A stretch of DNA of 21,883 nucleotides, taken from Bdellovibrionota bacterium (GTDB lineage: Bacteria > Bdellovibrionota_C > UBA2361 > OMII01). The stretch is taken from assembly GCA_044356215.1 (NCBI GenBank), contig JBIKWQ010000060.1, forward strand, positions 1 to 21,883, written 5' to 3'. The first letter of the stretch is position 1. The number at the start of each line of letters is the position of its first letter. Shown here piece by piece: positions 1-7,097 of the stretch. The notes under the pieces are model-generated. The model was given only the letters and a program-made list of their open reading frames with translations, did no database searches and was not told the origin of the DNA. A program made the translations under genes and the position numbers.

Positions 1-512
1 TTAGTACGCTCTTTACCCTGCTCTTGATACCCGGTGCTTAATCCAAGCCTCTTCCATCCAGCCGCTATGTAACACGTGCCGTGATTATCGTTGTACTCCG
101 GATCAACGTATGTCTCTAGAGCAAGTAGGGGTACCCCATATCGGCGCATCCAGTCCTGGCTAATCCTATCTGCCGCTAGTGAGAGCACTTTAGAGGCTAA
201 GTTGGGAATGTTCTGGTATCTCCTTCCTACAAGAAACCTACTGTTGTTGGCGATGTGCTTCCGACGTTGCTTACACTGCTCGGTGCTCCAGCCAATCTCG
301 CTATCGCGCATCCGGTTAAAGTCTGACGGAGCGTCAAAGATCATCACAGCCACTATGTCTCCTCTATGCATAGCAAGATAAAACATACGCGCGCCGATAG
401 CCCTCTTGTATCCAAGGGGGTGATAGCGACTCAGTGCCGTTTCAACATCATCTATGTCGTGCGGGCTCGTTGCAGGTCGTACTTTAATCTCATTTATATC
501 TATCGTGCTCAT
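1..512 (-). CDS. DUF4338 (Druantia DruA-like domain) protein, 5' part only; possibly the N-terminus of a DUF4338-transposase fusion
   Basis: Not in the ORF track because it runs off the window edge. Manual translation from ATG 512 (AAGGAG upstream) is open for 170 codons: MSTIDINEIKVRPAT...RYHPLGYKRAIGARMFY...RDSEIGWS...HIANNSRFLV...PNLASKVL...DWMRRYG...LETYVDP...GTCYIAAGW.RLGLSTG. These are the characteristic DUF4338 motifs. Confidence 0.88.
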   Translation of the reverse strand, partial: MSTIDINEIKVRPATSPHDIDDVETALSRYHPLGYKRAIGARMFYLAMHRGDIVAVMIFDAPSDFNRMRDSEIGWSTEQCKQRRKHIANNSRFLVGRRYQNIPNLASKVLSLAADRISQDWMRRYGVPLLALETYVDPEYNDNHGTCYIAAGWKRLGLSTGYQEQGKERT

Positions 513-538
513 AGACTTTGCGCTCCTTCGCATGGTCG

Positions 539-567
539 AGCCTATTTTATTTTCGCTCCTCGGGCAA
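539..567 (-). promoter_or_regulatory. Candidate sigma70 promoter for the DUF4338 gene
   Basis: TTGCCC-17 bp-TAGGCT on the minus strand, with a perfect 16-bp palindrome AAAATATCGATATTTT (578-593) just upstream. Confidence 0.4.
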
Positions 568-625
568 GTGTTTATAAAAAATATCGATATTTTACGAGGT
601 TAGAGGGGTAGGCTGCGAAGCCCTA

Positions 626-796
626 AACAAGGAGTACCTACTCACCAGGCAGAACATCGAGGTAGCGAGGTTTTATCTTACGGCTCTACGAGATCTTCGT
701 ATCATGACCGGAAAAGTAGCGGGCCGAGCTTGGGAGCGACTCACGCCGAAGGCCGTAGCTCAGGCCTTGAACGAGCGCTTATCAAATGACTCTTGA
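626..796 (+). pseudogene. Possible 3' remnant of a gene interrupted by the putative IS
   Basis: 56 open codons follow the putative IS end with no upstream start codon (NKEYLLTRQNIEVARFYLTALRDLRIMTGKVAGRAWERLTPKAVAQALNERLSNDS*). No family recognised, so it could be chance. Confidence 0.2.
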
Positions 797-1448
797 ACCA
801 ATAGGCAGCCAGGTGAGCCACATCGTCTAAGGCGCCCTGCTCCTCGAAAAGATGCGTCGCGCCCGGAATAACAGCCAAGCGCTTCTCGCATGTTATCCGC
901 TCCAAGCTCTCCTGATTAAGCGCTAAAACATCACGGTCCTCTGAACCTACTATTAACAAAGTCGCGGCTTGAAGTTGCTTTATTAGCGGCCCGGTCAGAT
1001 CTGAGCGACCGCCCCTACTCACTACAGCGCCTATCTTACTTTTCATTACCGCGGCCGCCCTAAGGGCCGCGGCCGCGCCCGTGCTAGCCCCGAATAGACC
1101 GATCGGCAGATGTCTTATCGTGGCATCACTGTCCACCCAGTGGATCGCCTCAACAAGTCTAGTTGTTAGCAGCGCGATATCAAAACGTTTACTTATAACA
1201 TATTGCTCATCTTCCGTGAGAAGATCTAACAGCAATGTAACGAAGCCGTGATCCTCCAGCACGCCAGCTACGAACTGATTCCGAGGACTTAAACGGCTAC
1301 TGCCACTTCCATGCGCGAATATAATCACGCCACGACGATCAAGCGCTCCTGGATACAAAGGCGCGTTGCCCAACTCTCCAGCTAAAGCAACTCCAGCGGC
1401 CTGGATCTCAACAGATCTCGAGCGTTTGATCGGATTAGCGATCGCCAT
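741..1448 (-). CDS. Dienelactone hydrolase-like alpha/beta hydrolase
   Basis: FAHGSGSSRLSPRN, nucleophile elbow GASTG, VVSRGGR.DL, Asp in IVGSED, His in PGATHLFEE; AAGGGGG RBS upstream. Confidence 0.9.
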   Translation of the reverse strand: MAIANPIKRSRSVEIQAAGVALAGELGNAPLYPGALDRRGVIIFAHGSGSSRLSPRNQFVAGVLEDHGFVTLLLDLLTEDEQYVISKRFDIALLTTRLVEAIHWVDSDATIRHLPIGLFGASTGAAAALRAAAVMKSKIGAVVSRGGRSDLTGPLIKQLQAATLLIVGSEDRDVLALNQESLERITCEKRLAVIPGATHLFEEQGALDDVAHLAAYWFKSHLISARSRPELRPSA

Positions 1449-1503
1449 AAGACCCCCTTAGAAATACTCCATCTAGCGGGATCCTACTCTCAGTGACCTT
1501 AGT

Positions 1504-2376
1504 TCAGCTATGATCGCGGTCGCTCAGAAAATCTCCCACTATCTTGAGGTACTCCTCCCGATCGGTAATTTGAGGATGATGCGCGCTCGCCTCGAATATG
1601 TGGACTCTAGCTCCGGGTACTAGCGACGCGAAATGCTCATGAGCCTCTGGCGTGGCCTCATCGTTTCTTCCACATACAAATAGAGATGGAACGGAGATAT
1701 TTGGCAAGCGATCGCATAAACTGTAATCCTTAGCAACTCCGGTAATAGTCATCTCATTCGCGCCCCAGACTATCTGATAGGTCTTGTGGTCAGACTCAAG
1801 TTCAGAGCGGACGATCGACTCTGGTTTATCATCAAATCCATAGATGTGCTTCTTGATATAGATTGAGTAAGCGTCTATGAAAGCTGGCGACGAACACGCA
1901 CCGGTCCTTAACCCCTCACGTAGAATCATCTTAGGCATCATAGGCAGCCCCGAAATAAGCCTCTGAGCGTCAGCTATCCAGCGCGGTATATCTATCGACA
2001 CACACGCGAATACTATCGCTTCTACTCTCTCAGGATGCGCAAGCGCGTACTCACCGGCGATCAAGCCTCCAAATGAGTGTCCTAGCAATCTCATCTTAGG
2101 GACCCCTAGCTCAACTCTTAGGGCCTCAAGCTCAGCAACGAATCCGGCGATTGAATGATCTCTTCGGTCTGGACAGCGAGCACGTGAACGACCGCAACCC
2201 GCCTGATCGTAGCAAACCACTGGGAACCTCGGGCTCAGGTCGAAAAGAGCCTCGAGGGCATAACTTGTGAATCCTGGCCCTCCGTGTATTGCAACCAATG
2301 GCGCTTCGCTGGAATCCCCCTCTTTAACGAAGAAAAGGTCCCCCGCCACTGAACTAACATATCCGTTTTTTCGCAT
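1504..2376 (-). CDS. pip: Proline iminopeptidase-family (S33) hydrolase / L-amino acid amidase
   Basis: HGGPG, YDQ.GCGRS, GHSFGG nucleophile, G..DEATP, SAH catalytic His. Confidence 0.85.
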   Translation of the reverse strand: MRKNGYVSSVAGDLFFVKEGDSSEAPLVAIHGGPGFTSYALEALFDLSPRFPVVCYDQAGCGRSRARCPDRRDHSIAGFVAELEALRVELGVPKMRLLGHSFGGLIAGEYALAHPERVEAIVFACVSIDIPRWIADAQRLISGLPMMPKMILREGLRTGACSSPAFIDAYSIYIKKHIYGFDDKPESIVRSELESDHKTYQIVWGANEMTITGVAKDYSLCDRLPNISVPSLFVCGRNDEATPEAHEHFASLVPGARVHIFEASAHHPQITDREEYLKIVGDFLSDRDHS

Positions 2377-2464
2377 AAAATTAGTAACTACTCCCTAGAC
2401 TTCATGGTCGTTGCCGTCAATACATATCATTCAATCAACTCTTTTAGGAATCCACTATAAACCT

Positions 2465-2492
2465 TTCCATTGAGGGGCTGAGGGACTATAAT
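2465..2492 (+). promoter_or_regulatory. Candidate promoter
   Basis: Perfect TATAAT at 2487-2492 with a weak -35 (TTCCAT, 16-bp spacer). The predicted start site falls at about the first base of the long hairpin. Confidence 0.35.
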
Positions 2493-2495
2493 CTG

Positions 2496-2751
2496 AAGGA
2501 AGCGAGGCAAACCCCCTCCCTGCTGCGAAAGCGGATCTTGAGCTGCTCTTCGAATTTTCATGACGAGAAAAAATCCTCAATGTATCTCAGAGGATACATT
2601 TCCGGCCTTCGCTAAAGCTACGGCCGGCGAGGATTTTGTCGGACCAGACGTAGCCTTGGCGTAGTCTGGTGCGGTTTTTTCTCATCCCGAAAATCGAATA
2701 TCAACTCAACCTCCACTTTCTCGCTACGGGCAGGATTTGCCTCGCTTCCTT
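2496..2751. repeat. Long imperfect palindromic MITE-like element with 16-bp perfect terminal inverted repeats
   Basis: AAGGAAGCGAGGCAAA (2496-2511) / TTTGCCTCGCTTCCTT (2736-2751). Inner paired blocks GAAAG/CTTTC, TTGAG/CTCAA, ATTTTC/GAAAAT, GAGAAAAAA/TTTTTTCTC and AATGTATC/GATACATT. Confidence 0.8.
2602..2669. repeat. Inverted REP-like doublet (GTAG-containing, REPIN-like) nested in the larger palindrome
   Basis: CCGGCC-TTCGCTAAAGCTAC-GGCCGG (2602-2627) and CCAGAC-GTAGCCTTGGCGTA-GTCTGG (2644-2669) are inverted 26-bp homologues separated by 16 bp. Confidence 0.75.
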
Positions 2752-2770
2752 AAGGAAGCGAGATAATCCC

Positions 2771-3799
2771 ATGGCACAGCTTAACAAAGACCTTCACCTT
2801 ACCGCTGAGTTTTTAGCTCTGCTTAGATCGGGATTTTATGGTCAAGTTCTCTTCGAAGGCACTTTGGTTGCCCTAAATTCTTCCTTTGCTCCGAACAACT
2901 ACCTCGATATCGCCCACAAGGCTTTTGACAAGGTAGACTCGTGGATGAAAGACCTTGTAGCCGAGTTGCCGATCTTCTCTGTATCGTGGCAATCACCCGA
3001 GACCTTTGACGCCATTTCCGCAATGAACTTCATGCGTGATCTTCGCAAGGATTTTCTATTTATCGTGCCCCCGATTGAATCAGCACTGAGCATGGAAAAC
3101 CTCTCGCAAGATCGCGAAGCGGTTAAATTGCTAGTCGCTGCTTTAGTGCGATCAGCCGCGACTCGCAACTCTTATGTTGAGAATCTTACCAAGGCATACT
3201 CACTTTTAAAGGCGCATGAGATGGCGCAGCAAATTGGTGCTGAGGTCGAGCAATCTCGGGAATACCTGCGGATTACGCGCCTGATTCAAGATAAGTTCAT
3301 GACCACAGCCGCATTCGACGATCGTCTCTGTGAGCAATTAAGAATCGAGGCTATATTGACCGCCTGCGATTTCAGGGCTCTCGCGCACGACTCGAATATC
3401 ATGCTCAACGTTTTCTCCAAGGAATTTACCTATGAGATGGTGGATTTTAATCCAGGAGAGGCGGACGATTGGCAATCAAATAAAGTTTCGGCGGTTGCCG
3501 CTGGATACTGGCGCGCCTACGGATTCGGGCCCGAGGACTTTTTAGACTGGAAGCGACACGGCATCACCGGGGCTCCATTGGCGGCAAACTGGGCACGTTT
3601 CGGATTTACTGCGAACCAGGCTATTGAATGGATTAACGAAGGGGTCCCCCCTATGATAGCTCTAATGTGGCGTTCAGCGGGCTTTCAACCGAAGCGCGCT
3701 GCTATCATGCTGTCTCGGGGTATAATCGACCCGGCAAAAGCGCCGCGCCCTGAAGCCATTGAGGATGAGAATCTAAACGAGGATGAGGATCAAAATTAG
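2771..3799 (+). CDS. Hypothetical protein, 342 aa, with C-terminal 13-aa W-x3-G-[FIV] repeats
   Basis: Long ORF. The start was moved from GTG 2669, which lies inside the repeat element, to ATG 2771. The N-terminal region looks helical and was not recognised; the tail is acidic. Confidence 0.8.
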   Translation: MAQLNKDLHLTAEFLALLRSGFYGQVLFEGTLVALNSSFAPNNYLDIAHKAFDKVDSWMKDLVAELPIFSVSWQSPETFDAISAMNFMRDLRKDFLFIVPPIESALSMENLSQDREAVKLLVAALVRSAATRNSYVENLTKAYSLLKAHEMAQQIGAEVEQSREYLRITRLIQDKFMTTAAFDDRLCEQLRIEAILTACDFRALAHDSNIMLNVFSKEFTYEMVDFNPGEADDWQSNKVSAVAAGYWRAYGFGPEDFLDWKRHGITGAPLAANWARFGFTANQAIEWINEGVPPMIALMWRSAGFQPKRAAIMLSRGIIDPAKAPRPEAIEDENLNEDEDQN

Positions 3800-4382
3800 G
3801 GATAGGAATTCCTGGCCACTGCGCATTTCACCACATAATTTGGCAACCTCTCCACTGATTTCTCAAATTTTCTAAGCTCTCGATTTCGCTTACTTCGGTA
3901 GTACATCTTATCGCGCGGCGGGGCCAATCTCGTGGCTAGCGAGAAGCTCCTCATCAACTGCTGCTTGTTGACTAATTCCGCGTCGCACGGGAACCGTGTC
4001 AATGAACACGTCTCAGCGTTCTCCAAGACGTCAATCAGAAGTCGCGAGATTTGCTTATAACCAGCTCTTAAACGACCTCTGAGGTTAACGTCGTGGCTAT
4101 TAGCCAAGTTAGGATAAATTGAGGTGCTAATAGGCTCGATAGGCGAGCTTTGGCATGGTCGATTATGCAAAGTGAGCGAAGCCGCTCATGTACCTATAAC
4201 TACATAAAAATACCGGGTAACTTAAGCACACCAGGAGATTAAATTGATTAGTCAACTAAACCTTTGGCATATATACGATATACTTTGCTAAAAAAGTTTA
4301 GCTTTTAGCGGTATACGGGTTGACCGGCTTTGCTAACGCAGTGTATAGATATAAACACCTTAAAGGTCAGGGAAGATTTATC

Positions 4383-4676
4383 GTGTCGAAAAGAGATTTA
4401 ACTACCGCTAACAACGAAGAGCTTAACGAGCAAGTGACTAACGCTACCTCACAGCTTAGCGCTATTAAGACGGGACAGCGCGCGGTAGTTTCAGCTATCA
4501 AGAGCTGCCCGAAGGACCTATTACACAAATTCGTTTCAATGGGTTTTGTCGCAGGAGCCGAAGTTGAAGTGACTCAACGTGGCTTCTTCGGATCTCCGAT
4601 TAATATACAGCTTTTAGGATCGGTTCTCTCACTTCGCAGCGCCGAAGCTGCCCATATTCAGGTTCAGCCGCTATAA
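4383..4676 (+). CDS. feoA: Ferrous iron transport protein A
   Basis: L..IKTGQRAVV...SMGFVAGAEVEV...GFFGSPI.I.L.G..LSLR..EA..I.V FeoA pattern, directly upstream of feoB. GTG 4383 (purine-rich RBS) is preferred over TTG 4320; the start is uncertain. Confidence 0.92.
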   Translation: MSKRDLTTANNEELNEQVTNATSQLSAIKTGQRAVVSAIKSCPKDLLHKFVSMGFVAGAEVEVTQRGFFGSPINIQLLGSVLSLRSAEAAHIQVQPL

Positions 4677-4712
4677 CCTCAAACAAGCGTTAATTTTAAG
4701 TCGTGTCGCGCT

Positions 4713-6680
4713 GTGAACAATCAAGACCCGCAAACACAACGCCACGTCGCGCTAGTTGGCAATCCAAACTGCGGCAAGACAACCTTATTTAACTCGCTGA
4801 CTGGATCGAATTACAAGGTCGCCAACTATCCCGGCGTTACAGTCGAAAAACGTCAAGGCACTCTAAATGTAAATAACGATTTAACACTTCAACTAATCGA
4901 TCTTCCGGGAACCTATGCCCTTTCAGGATTAACATTAGATGAGCGCGTAGCAACGCAGTATCTTCAAGGAGAGATCTCTGGATCGCGAAAGCCAGACCTC
5001 GTTGTTGCAGTTATTGACGCTTCTAACTTAGAACGGAACCTTTTTATCGTCTCTGAGCTAATCGACACCGGAATCCCTTTAATAGTCGCCCTAAATATGA
5101 TCGATGTCGCAGAGGAGCGTGGGATAAAGATCTACTCGGATCTACTAGCCCGTCTACTAGACGCCCCTGTGGTTCCAATAGTGGCACGATCAAAACGCGG
5201 AATTCAGGATCTCTTAAATTTAATCGCTAAAGAGATTGATAAACCAACAAGCTCACGCCGCGCTCTGGCATGGATTCCAGACTCGCACCCACGCGCGGCG
5301 CAGCTAAGAGAGATAGCAATTCCAAGCAAAATAGCATCTCTTGGCCAAGAAGATGATATCACTACTATCGCGACTCTTCGATACGCATGGATCAGACAAA
5401 TTATATCAAGAGCGATCGTAAATTCCGCCCGCAACAGAAAACGTGTTAGCTCAATCGATGCTATACTTACAAGTAAGATATGGGGTCTTCCACTTCTAGC
5501 TTTAATATTTGCCCTTGTTTTTCAATCGATATTTCTCTGGGCCTCCGTGCCGATGGATCTAATAGGGGCAGCTATCGACAAATTAAGTGGTTGGCTATCG
5601 CAAACACTTCCTCCAGGTGCGCTAACTGAACTTATAGCGGAAGGAATAGTTCCAGGAGTTGGAAACGTTTTGGTCTTCGTTCCGCAGATAGCCGTCCTCT
5701 TCTTTTTCATCGGACTACTAGAGGACTCAGGGTACCTCTCGCGCGCAGCGTTTCTGCTAGATAACTTTATGCGCAAAGTTGGATTGCAAGGACGAGCATT
5801 TATCCCCCTTCTCTCCTCTTTTGCTTGCGCCGTTCCGGGGATCCTCGCAACTCGCACTATTCCAACAAGATGGGATAGGTTAACAACTATTATGATAGCG
5901 CCATTAATGAGCTGCAGCGCTAGACTTCCAGTCTATACAGTTCTGATAGCGGCGGTAGTTCCCGCAACTAGCTTCGCTGGAATAATATCACTCCAGGGCG
6001 CGACTCTCTTCCTGATGTACATGCTTGGCATATTGGGCGCGTGCGTTGTGGCTTTTATTATGAGCCGCGTAGCTAAACGTAAAGAGAGCTGCTTCTTTGT
6101 CATGGAGATGCCGCCCCTTAGAATCCCAGTTTTGCGGGTGGTTTTACGTGGCGTGTACGACAGTGTGCTATCTTTTATCAAGAACGCCACGACCGTTATC
6201 TTGGCATGCTCGGTGATTATCTGGTTTCTTGCCTCGTATCCAAAGAACGACTTGAATGATGGAGTGGACGCGGCGCGTTACAGCTACGCCGGGAGACTCG
6301 GCGCGCTGATTGAGCCCGCGATTAAACCTCTTGGTTTTAACTGGGAGATCGGTTTCGCGATAATAGCATCATTCCCGGCGCGTGAGGTTTTCGTTACCGG
6401 GTTATCCACCGTCTTAAACGCTCAAGACGACGGCGATGAGAGCAATTCAAACTTAGTAAATCGTCTCCGCCAGAAGCGCGACCAGGGAACTTTCTCTGGA
6501 GCCACCGCGGCAGCGCTGATGGTATTTTATGTCTTTGCCTGTCAGTGCATGTCAACTCTAGCCGTGTGTCGGCGCGAGACTGGCTCGTGGCTCTGGACGG
6601 CTGGGATGTTTACGTACATGACAGCGCTGGCGTATTGCGCAGCGCTAGTAACTTACCAGGTTGGGATACGGCTCTTTTAG
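4713..6680 (+). CDS. feoB: Ferrous iron transport protein B
   Basis: G1 GNPNCGKTT, G2 NYPGVTVE, G3 DLPG, G4 NMID; membrane motifs LEDSGYL.R, FACAVP, MSCSARLPVY, MEMPP. Confidence 0.97.
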   Translation: MNNQDPQTQRHVALVGNPNCGKTTLFNSLTGSNYKVANYPGVTVEKRQGTLNVNNDLTLQLIDLPGTYALSGLTLDERVATQYLQGEISGSRKPDLVVAVIDASNLERNLFIVSELIDTGIPLIVALNMIDVAEERGIKIYSDLLARLLDAPVVPIVARSKRGIQDLLNLIAKEIDKPTSSRRALAWIPDSHPRAAQLREIAIPSKIASLGQEDDITTIATLRYAWIRQIISRAIVNSARNRKRVSSIDAILTSKIWGLPLLALIFALVFQSIFLWASVPMDLIGAAIDKLSGWLSQTLPPGALTELIAEGIVPGVGNVLVFVPQIAVLFFFIGLLEDSGYLSRAAFLLDNFMRKVGLQGRAFIPLLSSFACAVPGILATRTIPTRWDRLTTIMIAPLMSCSARLPVYTVLIAAVVPATSFAGIISLQGATLFLMYMLGILGACVVAFIMSRVAKRKESCFFVMEMPPLRIPVLRVVLRGVYDSVLSFIKNATTVILACSVIIWFLASYPKNDLNDGVDAARYSYAGRLGALIEPAIKPLGFNWEIGFAIIASFPAREVFVTGLSTVLNAQDDGDESNSNLVNRLRQKRDQGTFSGATAAALMVFYVFACQCMSTLAVCRRETGSWLWTAGMFTYMTALAYCAALVTYQVGIRLF

Positions 6681-6692
6681 GAATATAACGAG

Positions 6693-6839
6693 ATGCAAAA
6701 GATCTTGGCGTTTGCAGTTCTATTAGCCGCCCTAGCTTTTCTATTAAAACGTTGGCAGAAAAGCTTATTTGGCTCTAAGTCTAAAACCGGATGTGGTGGA
6801 GGGTGTGGGTGCAGGGAGGGCGAAAAGGGAAATCGCTAA
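6693..6839 (+). CDS. FeoB-associated Cys-rich small membrane protein (48 aa)
   Basis: Below the ORF-track cutoff. MQKILAFAVLLAALAFLLKRWQKSLFGSKSKTGCGGGCGCREGEKGNR: one TM helix, a basic linker and CGGGCGC, starting 12 bp after the feoB stop. Confidence 0.85.
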   Translation: MQKILAFAVLLAALAFLLKRWQKSLFGSKSKTGCGGGCGCREGEKGNR

Positions 6840-6853
6840 ATAGGCTTTGCATG

Positions 6854-7025
6854 TTTTTCTCCTAATCCTTCTCCTGCACTTACCACTTCCTCCTTCTCCT
6901 CATCCTGCACGGAGGGAGCAAGAGGAGGGGGAGGAGCAGGAGATCAGTGCAAGAGAAAGATAATGAGGGAGGAAAAGAACAACCCCAGCTGCCCTCCCCG
7001 CCCCCCCCCTCCTTTTTCTCACCTT
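6854..7025. repeat. Pyrimidine/purine/pyrimidine low-complexity imperfect palindrome
   Basis: CT tract (about 6854-6906), GA tract (about 6911-6979), C/T tract (6983-7025). TTCTCCTGCACT (6869-6880) pairs with AGTGCAAGAGAA (6946-6957) at 11 of 12 positions. Confidence 0.65.
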
Positions 7026-7097
7026 CAACCTATGAATTTCCCTCGCTTTAGTGTAGTAAAGTCACAAAATATTAATGACAACCAAGGAGCGAAAGAT

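Larger units (their letters stand above)
1..625 (-). mobile_element. Possible left end of an ISAs1-family-like IS carrying the DUF4338 ORF
   Basis: The minus strand at 625 reads TAGGGCTTCGCAGCC, resembling the CAGGGC- termini of ISAs1-family elements. DUF4338 is known to occur fused to IS transposases. The DDE domain and the other end are outside the window. Confidence 0.4.

Noticed and set aside
1..512. Complete Druantia defence system
   Set aside because: Only a partial DUF4338 domain is visible; no DruE helicase or other dru genes are in the window.
91..611. Plus-strand ORFs 91-381 and 366-611
   Set aside because: Antisense shadows of the DUF4338 gene and its promoter; no recognisable motifs.
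2602..2669. CRISPR mini-array
   Set aside because: The units are inverted rather than direct, there are only two with a 16-bp spacer, and there are no cas genes.
2496..2751. 6S RNA
   Set aside because: The length without the insert is similar, but there is no large central bubble and no 6S-like conserved sequence that I recognise.
2669..2770. N-terminal extension of the 376-aa ORF
   Set aside because: It is translated from the palindromic element; ATG 2771 is more plausible.
3796..4170. 124-aa minus-strand ORF
   Set aside because: TTG start, no clear RBS and no recognisable family; it cannot be supported, though it is not excluded.
6963..7097. Pro-rich N-terminal extension of DUF47
   Set aside because: It derives from the C-rich low-complexity tract; a strong AAGGAG precedes ATG 7098.
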